Part shown: piece after piece, positions 40,791 through 53,600 of the stretch | Numbering within the stretch: the stretch's first letter is position 1 | Layout of the letters: each line of letters begins with the position of its first letter | DNA from: Octopus vulgaris | Taxonomy: Eukaryota | Assembly: GCA_951406725.2 (NCBI GenBank) | Contig: OX597815.1 | Span: 201,562,001-201,626,000, forward strand | DNA length: 64,000 bases | Direction of reading: 5' to 3' | Notes under the pieces: model-generated | The model's database searches: none | Told to the model about the DNA's origin: nothing | Seen by the model: only the letters and a program-made list of their open reading frames with translations | Position numbers and translations under genes: made by a program

Positions 40791-40892
40791 TATGTTCTTA
40801 TGTAGTTGTGTGTCTGTATTTTTACCCCCCCCCCCCCTCGCTAAACAACCGATGTACCGATGATGAGGTATTTACGTATTTAGCGGTACTAG

Positions 40893-41340
40893 CATGGAAG
40901 CCATGTTTCAGAAGATGCGGTTTCCGGTGGTTTTCGGCTGATGACGAAGTCCGGAGGCGGTGAAAATAATGTTGCTTGTTTGTCCAGATTTCCCAAGTAA
41001 CTTGCGGCCAATATTCCTTAAATCCCTACCTGTCACAGTCTTGGAGCTCCCACAATCGGAACGTTTGTTCCTTGGCAAAGGTTCGTTCAGGAATCGTCAA
41101 ACCATGTCCACGTGACGAACTAACTTCCCCACAATGACATGAAGAGTGGTTCCTTTAGCACTCTCCTTCATGATAACAAGACTTTTCTTGATCGTTAAGG
41201 CTTTTTCCACGTCCCATTTTTCTTAGAGAGGAGATACGCTATTACCGTGGTTCACCCAAAAAACTGAAGAATCTGAAATAAAAAAGAAAGAACGTTACAC
41301 AGAATATTGAAACCATAACAATGGTGTTGCCATAGCGTGC
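40893..41340 (-). mobile_element. Tc1-family transposase N-terminal fragment
   Basis: The minus strand reads MGRGKSLNDQEK...KLVRHVDMV*RFLNEP...RSDCG...TGRDLRNIGRKL..KSGQTS.IIF, a paired-like HTH region. Confidence 0.7.
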
Positions 41341-41449
41341 AAACTAGTGGGATTATTAAAACCGATTCACAGAAAACCGAGAAAATCTAAATTTCAATTC
41401 TCAATTAATAGCATTGTTCTGAATGAATGCATTTATCCTATCTCTTATA

Positions 41450-41648
41450 GGCACAAGGCCTACAATTTTGGGGAAACGAGCCCAGTCGATTGAATATACC
41501 CCAGTATACAACTGGTACTTAATTTATCGACCCCGAAAGAACGAAAGGCAATGTCGACCTCGGCGGAATTTGAACACAGAATGTAAAGACAGACGAAATA
41601 GTGATACGTATTTCGACCAGCATGCTAACGATTCTGACAGCTCGCCGC
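41450..41648 (-). mobile_element. SINE family 3
   Basis: Minus strand GCGGCGAGCTGTCAGAATCGTTAGCA...GTTCAAATTCCGCCGAGGTCGAC...GGGGTCGATAAATTAAGTACCAG. Confidence 0.85.
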
Positions 41649-43383
41649 ATATATATATACATGTGTGTGTGTGTGTATGTAAGTATATAAATATATATGT
41701 GTGTGAATAGGTGTTAATTCTTCTCGCTCATTTCCATGTGGCATATTTTTTTATTTATTTTATTGACAGCCCTTATAAAGTTCAGTATTAATCTAATATA
41801 ATGATTTGTACATAGAAATATTATCTGCAAAAAAAATTCTGCTATTATCTCTTTTCTCTGCACACTCACTATGCGATAATAACCATTCAATTAAATATTA
41901 ATATTGAATAATTTCTTGCCAATGCATTCTACATGCACTTCATCATCATTTATTTATTCGACTTCCATTTGACTTACTAACCAATCTGAAAATTATATTG
42001 TCTTTCGTGTTATTTATCTTAGACAATACACGAAAACAATCGTTATTTCATATACCGATTTCACGTTGACATAATACAAAGTCGGTTATGAAGAACGATG
42101 AATATACATAAAAAGACTCTTCAAAAACAACGCATGTAAAAATAATACAAAGCATTGAAGTTGTTACCGTTTGAGGTCATATAGACTCGTTATTACTTTT
42201 GGTTTTCATTTTATAAATATTGCATTGTTTCATTTACTTACTGTCATTATTTCGGTATTGACTAGATTTCATGAACTCTGACATCGGCATTGGTTAATGC
42301 GATATACATAATAAAATGAAATATTCTGCTCCCATCCAATAACACCTGCAAATTAGAAACATTCATTGAAAAGTTATCTTCACAAAACTTTGATATTGCC
42401 GACAAATTGTAATTGATTTATATATATATATATATATTTATATATATTACACACATACACACGCTTATACGCACGCACATACACATAAATACGCATGAGC
42501 ACACAGGCACACACACATCTATATCTATCTATATATATATATATATATATATATGCATATACATGTATGCATGTATATATGCATGTGTGTATGTTGAGGT
42601 GAGGGAAAATAAATTATATGAAATTTCCCACTCATGCTTCGCATAATTTTCTCGTTTCAAAATTCTCGTTCAAATCTTCTTTCTGTCTTTCTCCATAAAC
42701 ACACATGCACGTATATATATATGTTAAGCATATACACATGCATACTCACATACACATATATTTATGAACGGGTACATATTCCTGTTTTCCTTTTTTATTT
42801 TTTACGATATAAACATTTAAGCAAATAATTTTTTTTTGAACGTTAGAATTAAAATGAATTTTGTCAGATATTGATGAAATTATTGCGAGTCAAAACAAAT
42901 ATAAAAGGAAAATTCACTTTCATTTTTAAAGTTGTTTGATTAGCCTTGCGAAAATTTTATCTAATTAAGTTTTCCTATTCTAGAAAAGTGGGAAAGCCGT
43001 TAGATTATTGATATTCATATGGAAAACTTTGTTGACTTGTCGCTTTTTCTTGGATATCTTAGAGTTCCTCTTTTTTTTTTATTTATTTCAAATAATTCGA
43101 TATTGCATATTAAATATTAAGGATTAATGAAAATAGCGATTCTGAAAAAGAAACTTTCAGTTGCATTTCTCCTAGTAAATATCTGTTTCCCATATTGAAT
43201 TAAACGTTGCTATTATAAATATGTTTGTTTAATGACATAGATTGTAAACATATTATAATAATATGCACGTAGTTAATTTTTGTCACAATGATATGAAATT
43301 TTACATATAGATATATATGTATAAACCCTTTCTATCTTTCTCTCTTTGCTTGTATATTCATATATAAATGCATACATAGACAC

Positions 43384-43428
<45 letters not shown>

Positions 43429-43505
43429 CGTGTGTGTGTCTATGTATATATATGAGTTTGTATTTGTATATACTTATCTCTCACTCTTTCACTCTCTCTC
43501 TCTCT

Positions 43506-43542
<37 letters not shown>

Positions 43543-43609
43543 CAAAACGAAAGAAAATGGAGCCCGGCATATTTCGTAGTAGAATGGTTTATAATTTCAA
43601 ATTCTAGCA

Positions 43610-43808
43610 TAGGACCATGAATTTTGTGGGACGGAGTAAGTCGATTACATTGAAACCAGTATTTAACTGGTATATATTTTATCTATTTCAAATGAATGAA
43701 CGGCAAATATGACTCCGGTGGCATTTCAGCTCAGAACGTAAAGTCGGGAGACATGGCGCTAACCAATTTTTCCGGCGTCGTATCTATTTCTGCTTGCACA
43801 TCGCCTGC
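43610..43808 (-). mobile_element. Diverged SINE family 3
   Basis: Degenerate match to 41450-41648. Confidence 0.6.
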
Positions 43809-44589
43809 GTATTTAATTATAGTATTCTATAAGAAAGTTAGATTCGGTTCAATGCAACATAGAAAATTTTTAGGCATCCTAAAGAAACCTGGCTTGTTGG
43901 CCTCAGGCACCCAAGTGGGGTGCTGATATGATTACCGGAAACTAAGCTGCTTTTGGTGTGTCGCATGATGTTATTTGTAGTGGAATCGATATTCGAGCGA
44001 CACCAAAAGTTTTAAAACTCCTGGGTGATAGGTGCTTGTGCGAACAACAATTCGCACAAAAGACAAATCCAGAGGGAGACAAACATCCAAAATATACCAC
44101 GCAATAGTAACATCTCTTGATTCATTGATACACTGTTTTATATACGTGAATTCACGAGAATCACCGCGAACTAAACGAGGCTGTACTTTCCGAAATGGAG
44201 GAGGACACCTTTCTCCATGTGAGTGGATAGAAATATTATTAAGACACTATCTTTACTTTTCTTAAAATGAAACAACGGTAGCCTTAATTCACAAATATAG
44301 AAATTATATCAACCAATGCGGTGTTGAGCACTCATCTTCATATATATAAAAGAAAATTTAGAAAATGAAGATGTAGCAATAACGTAATGTATTAACTGCA
44401 AAATCCAACATATTCTCTTAACAGCTGGAAGAGATGAATGTTTGTAGTTAATAAATTTATTAATGCTACATCTTAAATTTCTAAATTTTCTTTTGAATAT
44501 TTATAAACCAAGATTTATACTTAGAACTGTTATTTCATACGTATTACTATTCACAAAAAAAATACTAGGCAATGAACTAGTAATTGATT

Positions 44590-44844
44590 CTTCTTCTCAG
44601 CCCTTTTAAAGCCTAGCGAGGTTCATGGGCCCAGTTTTCTGGTTTCTATGGCGTATGCGCTCCCCAGCTGGACGGGACACCAGTCCATCGCAGCGTTACT
44701 CATTTTTGCCAGCTGAGTGGACTGGAGCAAAGTGAAATGAAGTGTTTTGCTCAAGAACACAACGCGTCGCCCGGTCGACGAATCGAGACTACAATCTTAC
44801 GATCATGATGCTGACATCCTAACCACTTAACCACGCGCCTACAC
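44590..44844 (-). mobile_element. tRNA-derived CORE-like SINE (family 4) with imperfect TSD
   Basis: tRNA-like head and GTGTTCTTGAGCAAAACACTT...CCAGTCCACTCAGCTGGCAAAAATGAG core. AGTAATTGATT at 44579-44589 and AGTAATTTATT at 44845-44855. Confidence 0.8.
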
Positions 44845-45006
44845 AGTAATTTATTGCATATCATTATTATTATTATCCCTTAATGAGTCTATTTTAATCT
44901 CTAATTAAATTTATATATATATATATATACACACATATGTGTGTGTATGTCATTTATATAAATATATATATGTGTGTGTGAGTGTGTGCGTGTGTGTGAG
45001 TGTGTG

Positions 45007-45166
45007 TGAAGGCACATGGCTTAGTGGTTCGCGTGATGGCAGGTCTTGAGTTCGTCTCCCAGAATGTGTGTTGCATTGTATTTTTGAGCAAAGCACTTCA
45101 TTTCACGCTGCTTTGCGATTATTTCGTCATCTGACATGCGGAACACGGTCCACCTGTACAGGTGAT
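45007..45166 (+). mobile_element. SINE 5' part; related partial copy at 46760-46847
   Basis: GAAGGCACATGGCTTAGTGG head. GCACTTCATTTCACGCTGCTTTGCGAT is shared with the 46760 copy. Confidence 0.7.
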
Positions 45167-45179
45167 TTATATATACACA

Positions 45180-46200
45180 TACAGACTTCCTACGCCTTCG
45201 CTCTCGATCGCACCTCTAGCTACCTCGAAATTATAAGCCTCCCTATCTAGATCCACCCGCTCTAACCACACACTTCGACCTTTTTAAGGGCAGGAAGAGA
45301 AAGATCCTATCGTTTGCACCACCATAATCCTTCCAAGTTAAATCTCTGCCTTAACTACCCTTTAAAATCCTAAACTCTATATTTCCGCTACAACATAATA
45401 CAACCCAATCTTTAATACATCATTACTTAAAATCTCCTACAATACTACACCTAATTTGGGATACATAATCGCCTCCTCTAACAGACGCAAACTACGACGC
45501 CAGTCCTTCGAACCTGCGAATCGTCACACTGCACCCCATATTAAACTACATGTTTATCCACATCGACTAAATAATAACAAATCCAAGGAATCGTCCCAGG
45601 ATACTACGCATGTTATCACATATACTAGCAATGATACCCTCTCGCAAACCAATACTGATACTGTCTGTATTTCCAATTCTTCCTCACAGGTAACGGACCC
45701 CTGGAAATTTACTTCCCCAGCGGTAAACCCTAACCACAGTTGGGTTTCTCAGCTCTTTCCTCTTGGATGTCTCTGTCTCCGTACAAATGGAGTCTACAAG
45801 TGCCGTGTTATAAAAAAAAAACACGCTTCCACCAAGCAAGGGCCTATATCGGCGGCAATGTTTATTTCAAGCGCTGCTATCGTGCACTCAGGAACATTTT
45901 CTCCAATCTAAATTCTAAATAATCAATACCCTTAGCAACGTATGTACACAAATTCAAATCTCAAAATATTCTCTATACCCTATACTGATCCACCGTAAGT
46001 AAGGCTCCCACATACAATGCGAAGATGTGTTTAAGAGAATCACTGACTATCCTTAGACACTGTAACTCCTCATTGCGTAAAATATTCCTGTAACCTACTA
46101 CACCCCACCTACATCATAACATCTCCACCTTCACAATTGGTATTTTTCCCTTCTATCATTTCTCCTCTATCAACCAAAAGCACTTAATATTACCGCTCTC
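45180..46200 (+). mobile_element. Decayed Penelope-like element (GIY-YIG)
   Basis: PLGCLCLRTNGVYKCRV...AYIGGNVYFKRCYRALRNIFS...LATYVHKFKSQNILYTLY* (cf. CPL.G.CL..NVVY, YIG.T...FK.RY..H, LS.Y.W.LK). Pyrimidine-rich 3' sequence probably continues to about 47400. Confidence 0.65.
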
Positions 46201-46211
46201 ATTTGGATACT

Positions 46212-46552
46212 GTGAAGGCGCATGGCTAAGTGGTTAGAGCGTCGTCGAGCTTACGATCGTGAGGTTGTGAGTTCGATTCCAGGACCAGGCTGCGTGTTGT
46301 GTTCTTGAGCAAAACACTTTCTTTCACGTTGCTCCAGTTAACTCAGCTGTAGAAATGAGTTGCGACGTCACAGGTGCCAAGCTGTATTGGCCTTTGCCTC
46401 TCCCTTGAATAACATCAGTGGTTGGAGAGGGAAGGCAGGTATGCATGGGCGACTGCTGGCCTTCCATAAACAGCCTTGCCCGGACTTGTATCTCAGAGGG
46501 CAACTTTCTGGGTGCAATCCAATGGTCATTCATGACCGAAGGGGGTCTCCCC
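46212..46552 (+). mobile_element. Full-length tRNA-derived CORE-like SINE (family 5) with TSD
   Basis: TGGCTAAGTGG A box and GAGTTCGATTCC B box. CATTTGGATACT at 46200-46211 and CATTTGGATTCT at 46553-46564. A diverged 3' half recurs at 57905-58065. Confidence 0.85.
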
Positions 46553-49482
46553 CATTTGGATTCTAACCTGCAAACCCTTTCTGTTCACTTCCTCTCTATT
46601 CAATCCCTCTCTATTCAATCCCTCTCTATTCATCCCTCTCTATTCACTTCTGTCTGTTCAATGTCATACACCTTTTCATACATCGGCACTTCCTATCTAC
46701 TACCAACTTACATTTATTATTCCACTAACCACTGATATGTTGACCACCAACCCACGCCTTGGGTTCGTCTCCCAGTCTGGGTGTTGCAATTATGCTTTTG
46801 AGCATAGCACTTCATTTCACGCTGCTTTGCGATCATTTCGTCATCTGTCCACCCACCTCTATCTTCTCCCATACCTTTCTACATACCTAAGTAATTTCCC
46901 TCTGCCACTGAACTAGACACTTTACTTCCGGCAAATAATTGTCATTCCTTTTCTCACTATCTCAACTTCCAGTAATTCTATAGCTATTATCCCTAAACTT
47001 TAACAAATCCAACACAACAGATTACCATTCAAATACTATATACATCATCGGCTTATTCATCTTCCTACTCTCCATTTCTGCTACTACATTCCTTAGTACT
47101 CCCATTATTAATCTCTCACTCTTGAACAATGCTTTTCCTCTCACCATTCTTTGTTTTAAGCCCCCCCTCAACCATTTCCCCTCTAATACATCTCTCCACA
47201 TTTAATAATTCCATCTTTGAACATCTCTGCATTAAGTTAAGGTCTGAAATGTAAGATTTTCTCTTCTCTGATGACAAAGGCTCGTCTATTCCAATGGTAA
47301 CTGAATCCATACAGCCATATATTGTGAGGAACTAAATCACCGAGCCCCCACCCCAAAGAACTGTTGGACTTAGAACACCTCTCTTCGACCAATCTAGTTT
47401 TCTCTGCTTTTTGTACTCTGCGTAAGTTGGACCTATCATAATTTCTATATATTTATACATAAAATTTGATCATGGGAAAATTTGTACCATTTGCTTTCTC
47501 TCGCTTTGAATGTGTACGTATATACATATTTTGCATTTGATGATTTAATATATCTAATATATTTGATGTGTCTAATTTGTTTATCCGCATAGTAGCTTAC
47601 ACACACACACACACGTACACACACACATATGTATACATACATATATATGTAAATATATGCCATTCACGATGCTTTCTTATAGATGAAGATATTTATTTGA
47701 AACATACTTTGTTTAATATGTATCATGATATTTGTATGTTGTTCAACTATGGGCATTTGAAGTGTGAATTAGATTGAGAAATGCAATTATTTCCTTAATG
47801 AATATACTTAATATTCATTGTATTATATCATTTCTATTTCTTAATTTCTTGTAACATTCCAGGCATATTAAGTTGTATAACATGGTTTTCAGCAAATCGC
47901 CTCCTGAACAATAAAAGAATCGTAACGCGATTATATAAACAAATTTTTACGACGTTGAATAAAATCGGAAAAAATAATTCATTTGGTGTAAAATATATTC
48001 TTTTATCCATGTGAATACTGTGCGTTTATGTGTGTTTATTTCCGATTATGCGCAGCTAAGTGCATGCTTTCATATTTCGATTTTCCACTCTTGCATTCTC
48101 GTTTATCTAAGTCTTTCCAATATTTTGATGGTAATTTAATTTAAATATGAAATGCTTTGCAGCAAAATTCATGTTTAACTTGAATAAATTGGATTTCTGA
48201 TCTTGAAATATCCATTGCAATTTATTGCCTAAATCATATTGCTTCACCGGTAATAACATATTAATATATTTAATTCCTACAAAATTCGGCAAGAATCATT
48301 CTTTACGTTATCAGACTGCTGGAATATATATACTGCGTAAAGAAGCCATAAAACAGGATATTCCAAGTTGTTCTATACGTCTGCGAGGACATCGCTCTCT
48401 GGATTATTGAATATACGTTTACCTGTTATCATTTATCTATATATTTTCCGTTTCATGAATCTCTTACACCTACTTATACATGTATATTCTGAATTTGGCT
48501 AACATATAATAACATATTATATTACTGTTCATGTAGTCGGAACAGTACGATAAAGACATAACGTAGAACAGTATGTTGTCCTATTTGGCATGATAATTAA
48601 TCTCCCTAGCATTTATATTCATGATACTAGAGGCAGACAAAAGTTGATAGTATGTTTCTTGTTTAATGAATATTTGCCATTCCCCTGAAAACCCTTTTTT
48701 AATAAAGATTCAAATCTGTATAACTGTAAAATCCTTCCTTACGAAACTCACATTTTAAGTGCGTTGGGAAAAGATTATCAAATACTGAATACAGAGATAT
48801 ACAGGGGCCCAATAGTGCTGCGAGACAAGAATTAAAAAAAAGCTATATTGGTCTCTTTACCATAAACATTTACGAAAAAATATTTAATACATGTGTTAAG
48901 CGTATAGATATGATTTTAACGTTTATACTGTGTTCTTATTGTGTGCTACCAGATGTGAAGTTTTATTATGTATTAGTGTATTGAAGAAGAATATCTCAAC
49001 GTTTCCTACATTAAGGTTTCACTTCAATGAAGATAGTAGAGATTAAAGTCGGCGATCACTTATATAGACTATTGTTAGGTCATAATTGCCATGAATAAAG
49101 TGATTAATATACATTTGCAATCGAGGTTAAAAGGACAACCAAAACTACAATTGATTATATGAATAGAAAAGCAAAATCATTGTCATAATTTGTTGTATCA
49201 ATGTTGGTTTGTTCACCTCGTATAACAATGACAATGGCTAATGACAGTAATACTTAATTAATACTTATAATAATTAAGTACCGAACAATTACGTTTGGTA
49301 CTTAATTATTATAAGTATCGAACTTGTAATTACAGGGGTCCATTTCGACTTAATTTTTGAAAATGGTAAACCATTAGATAGGGGTTGTGTTTGGTGGTGC
49401 TGCTGTTTGCGTGTATATATACATTCACGCACGTCTATAGAAGTATGCACATCTACAGTCACCCACGCACACACACACACGC

Positions 49483-49514
<32 letters not shown>

Positions 49515-49517
<3 letters not shown>

Positions 49518-49916
49518 TTTATATATAAAAGTCATAGTTGTGTGTCTGTCTCCTACGTAATTAGATTCCTAACTACTCCCACATTTTGCGGTGCAGTTTA
49601 ACCAAAACCGAGTATCTTATAGTCGTGATTCATATCGAGCCCTTCTGGGTAGTAGCGCGCGTCTACGATGAGTCTACGATTTAAAAAATAATTTACCATC
49701 CTTTTTTTCCATTTTAATGCATTTTTCGCTATTATATAAGGGAAGTAACTCTCTAAAAATGTCTATGATGAGTCAACGATTTAAAAAAAAATTACCATCA
49801 TTTTTTTCCATTTTTAATGCATTTTTTTGGCTATTTTTGGGCTATAGCTATTTTCCTTATATAATTATATAGTTATTTTCCTTACAAACCCGAGCAACGC
49901 CGGGCGATACTGCTAG
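49515..49916 (+). mobile_element. Non-autonomous Helitron
   Basis: Starts A|TC...TATATATAAAA. Ends with GC-rich hairpin CCCGAGCAACGCCGGG (49889-49904) and CTAG|T. Internal 100-bp-period repeat at 49661 and 49761. No TSD; sits in a TA tract. Confidence 0.85.
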
Positions 49917-50585
49917 TATATATATATATATACAAATACCCCCGACACGCACGCCTAGGCGCATATATGCGCGTATATATTTGTGTACACAGAGGAGATA
50001 AAATGAGAGCATGAGAGCGTAATGTAGACCAGAACTAAATAATATTATTAATCACACTAACGTAAATGATATCTACAATTCTGTCTGACACTGTACTATT
50101 TTCTGTTTGACATTAATGGAGGCTTGCTGTCGTACGTAGATATAGAAATTCGTAACCGTTGCGTTAATGATGGTTTTCTAACATGTTATATAATAGTGAT
50201 TAAGTACAGGTCACGATAATCGTGATATTTGTCAAACCTTGTTATGTATAAATATAATCGTAAGTGATATATGTGTATTTTAAAATAATAGAACTATTTA
50301 AATGTATCACATTAGTCGTAGCATCATATACCATCTGTGCTTGCATCTAATAATCACAATAATAGAAACAAAGTTTTAAGTTAATAATATTTATTACGCG
50401 ACACTACCTATGTTTATCACGGAAACAGCGGTCTATTTTGCTATTGTTTAGGCCCTGTGGCAAATATTATGCTACAACATTTTCTTCTTCTGCCTGTAAC
50501 TTCTATTTGTATTTCCCTACAATTTGTATTTACCAAACATTTTTACCAAAATATTTTCTGTCAAAATTTAATATTAGCTTTATAT

Positions 50586-50759
50586 AGGCGCAGGGGTGAC
50601 TGTGTTGTAAGTAGCTTGCTAACCAACCGCATGGTTCCGGGTTCAGTCCCATTGTGTGGCATCTTGGGCAATTGTCTCCTGCTATAGCCCCTGGCCGACC
50701 AATGCCTTGTGAGTGGATTTGGTAGACGGAAGCTGAAATAAGCCTGTCGTGTATATGTG

Positions 50760-50792
<33 letters not shown>

Positions 50793-51003
50793 TTGTGTGT
50801 CTGTGTTTGTCCCCGTAGCATTGCTTGACAACCGATGCTGGTGTGTTTACGTCCCCGTCACTTAGCGGTTCGGCAAAAGAGACCGATAGAATAAGTACTG
50901 GGCTTACAAAGAATAAGTTCCGGGGTCGATTTGCTCGACTAAAGGCGGTGCTCCAGCATGGCCGCAGTCAAATGACTGAAACAAGTAAAAGAGTAAAGAG
51001 AGA
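50586..51003 (+). mobile_element. SINE family 2, full length
   Basis: Colinear with 1476-1884. Confidence 0.9.
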
Positions 51004-51591
51004 GAGATATGCAAGAGACAAATGTGACATTAGAGCCTCATAGGAAGTAGAATGCGTAAAAATATAAACTTACACATGAAAAATATTCCTACACTCTGCA
51101 TTAGGACGCAGACATTATTCAAACTCTATATTACTGGAAATTGTGTGGTCTAAGAAATCATATAATTTTCCCATAAAGTATCACCTACCCTCTCTTAATT
51201 ACAAACACCCACGTGTATATAGCAGGCAAGAAAGTACACTTATTCGCACTCACGCAGACACACATACACGCACACGCACTCTCGCAGGCCTTGCTTCTGT
51301 CAGTTTCCAAGACACCACGAATTAGCACTAGTCACCAAGATGGTACCAGTTCCCTGTGAAGTCACGCGGTCCAAGAAATTACTCCTTTGTAATGCATCTG
51401 GTGCTGCTGAATTTCCCACTTACCTTCTAACAACTTCATGTGACGCAACTTGAAAAATAGCAGCATATTCTGCAATAAGCCTGGGTTCTGTTAGAAGCAT
51501 GCGAACCATTAAATTCTAACAACATCAGCAACAACAAAAGTAGTAGTGACAATAATAATAATAATAATAATAATAATTAATAATAATAATA

Positions 51592-52382
51592 GGACTAAAC
51601 TAAACGCAAAAGAAATAGACAAAGAAAAATTCCAGCAAAGGTTGAGAAGCTCAGGAATCAAAGCAGAAACAGAGGGATTTTTAATTGCAGCACAAGACCA
51701 AAGCCTCCCCACCAGAAATTACCAAAAACATGTAATGAAAAGAAATATTACAAGTAACTGCAGAATATGTGGAGATGGACAAGAAACAATAAATCATATT
51801 ATCTCTAGCTGCCCAGTCTTGGCTAAGAAGGAATATATTCACAGACATGACAGAGTTGGAACCTACATACATTGGAAGCTATGCCAACATTATGGAATAA
51901 CAACATATGGTATAGGCACACACCAGAAAAGGTCACAGAAAACGAGAAAGCAACCATACTCTGGGATATGCCGATACACACATATAGAGAAATTAAGGCC
52001 AACAGACCAGATATAGTTGTCAGAGATCATGAAGAAAAAAAAATGCTTTCTAATTGATGTATCAATACCGGCTGATGACAACGTGTCTCTAAAAGAAATG
52101 GAGAAACTCTCAAAATACAAAGACCTGGAAATAGAGGTAACTAGAATGTGGAACCTGAAAACAGAAACAATTCCTATCATAGTAGGTGCATTAGGCATGA
52201 TAAAAAAATATTCAGACAAATACATAATAAAACACCAGGACTTACAAACACATAATAAATACAGAAAATGAACTACTAGGCATGCACACATAGCAGAACA
52301 CTTTCCATACAATAACCATCAGAGCATCACAACAAAACAGCACATAATACACAGAGCTGCGCTCGGTAGTGAAGTGAAAGCA
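51592..52382 (+). mobile_element. 5'-truncated family B R4/Dong-like copy with frameshifts
   Basis: Reverse complement of about 14060-14841 plus about 30 bp, with small deletions. (AAT)n lies on both flanks. Confidence 0.93.
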
Positions 52383-52390
52383 ATAATAAA

Positions 52391-52431
<41 letters not shown>

Positions 52432-52489
52432 TAATAATAATCACTAGATAACTTATAAGATCACTTATTAGTTGATAAAATAATAATTA

Positions 52490-53600
52490 GAAGTTGTAGA
52501 AGCATATTGACAGGAAAGAATGTAGTATGGCTAGTTTACAAAACGAATATGACATGGTACCAGACATTTGGATAAGTAAAACAATGAGCATATTTGGAAT
52601 AGCAAAAGAAAAAACTACACGAAGAAAATACTTAATGAAAGTATGAAATATTGAAATACTGAATTGATTGGCGTAACACAAAAACTCGGAAAAGTGAACA
52701 CCAGATGTGGAATATTCCAAGATGTGGAATATTCCTATCTTCATTAATATTCGTGCTGGCCATGTCACTGCTCACTATGATACTACGAAAAGTTAAAATT
52801 GCTTACCATTTGGGAAAAGGAAAGAGTCAGATAAATCATCTACTTTTCATGGCTGATAAAGAGGTTTATGCCAAATATGAGAAACAGCTTGAATGTCTTG
52901 TACTTACTATGCGCATTTTTTCAAATGACGTACGTTTAGAATTTGGGATAGAAAACGGCGTTATATTGATAATGAAAGGAGGGACATTTGAGAGAAATCA
53001 GGGAATTGAAATGCCAAAAGCGCAAACAATGAGAGCGGTCGAAAAAATATGGTGATATAAGACAAGATTAAAATGCAGAGCTTGTAGAACTTTGAATGCG
53101 ACCGTGTTGACACAGGTAGAATATAGGAGGTCGTTTTGTCACAGGAAGAATATAAGAAATGGAGGAACGAACAGACTATACACTGGAAACTGTGCCAGAA
53201 ATGGAGATTTGATGCTGAAAACACATGGTAAAATCACTGGGTCAAAACAGTACTGGAGTCGGAGAAATGTAAGATTTTCTGAGACTTTTCTATTCAAACA
53301 GACCAGAAATTAGAAAATAATTGAACAGATATAACGATTGTAGATAAGGAAAAGCGAAGTTGCTTACTTATCGACATAGTATACCCATTTGTTTCCAGGA
53401 TCGTAGAGAAAGAGGGAGAAAAACAAACCAAACAATAAAATCACTTAAAGTTTGAAATTTGGAAGAATTCGGAGCAAGCGAATAATAAATGTTGTGCATA
53501 TACTTATCGGTGCGTTTGGAACAGGAAGAAAGGAATGATGGCTGAAGGAGATTGAAATAGATCTCTTACAGAATGGCTTTTACTATCTCTAAGAGGGACA
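52490..53600 (+). mobile_element. Old RLE-type non-LTR element fragment, family D
   Basis: LSSLIFVLAM, INHLLFMAD, FSNDVRLEFG, IHWKLC and DITIVDKEKRSCLLID motifs. Heavily decayed, with a large internal deletion. Confidence 0.7.
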
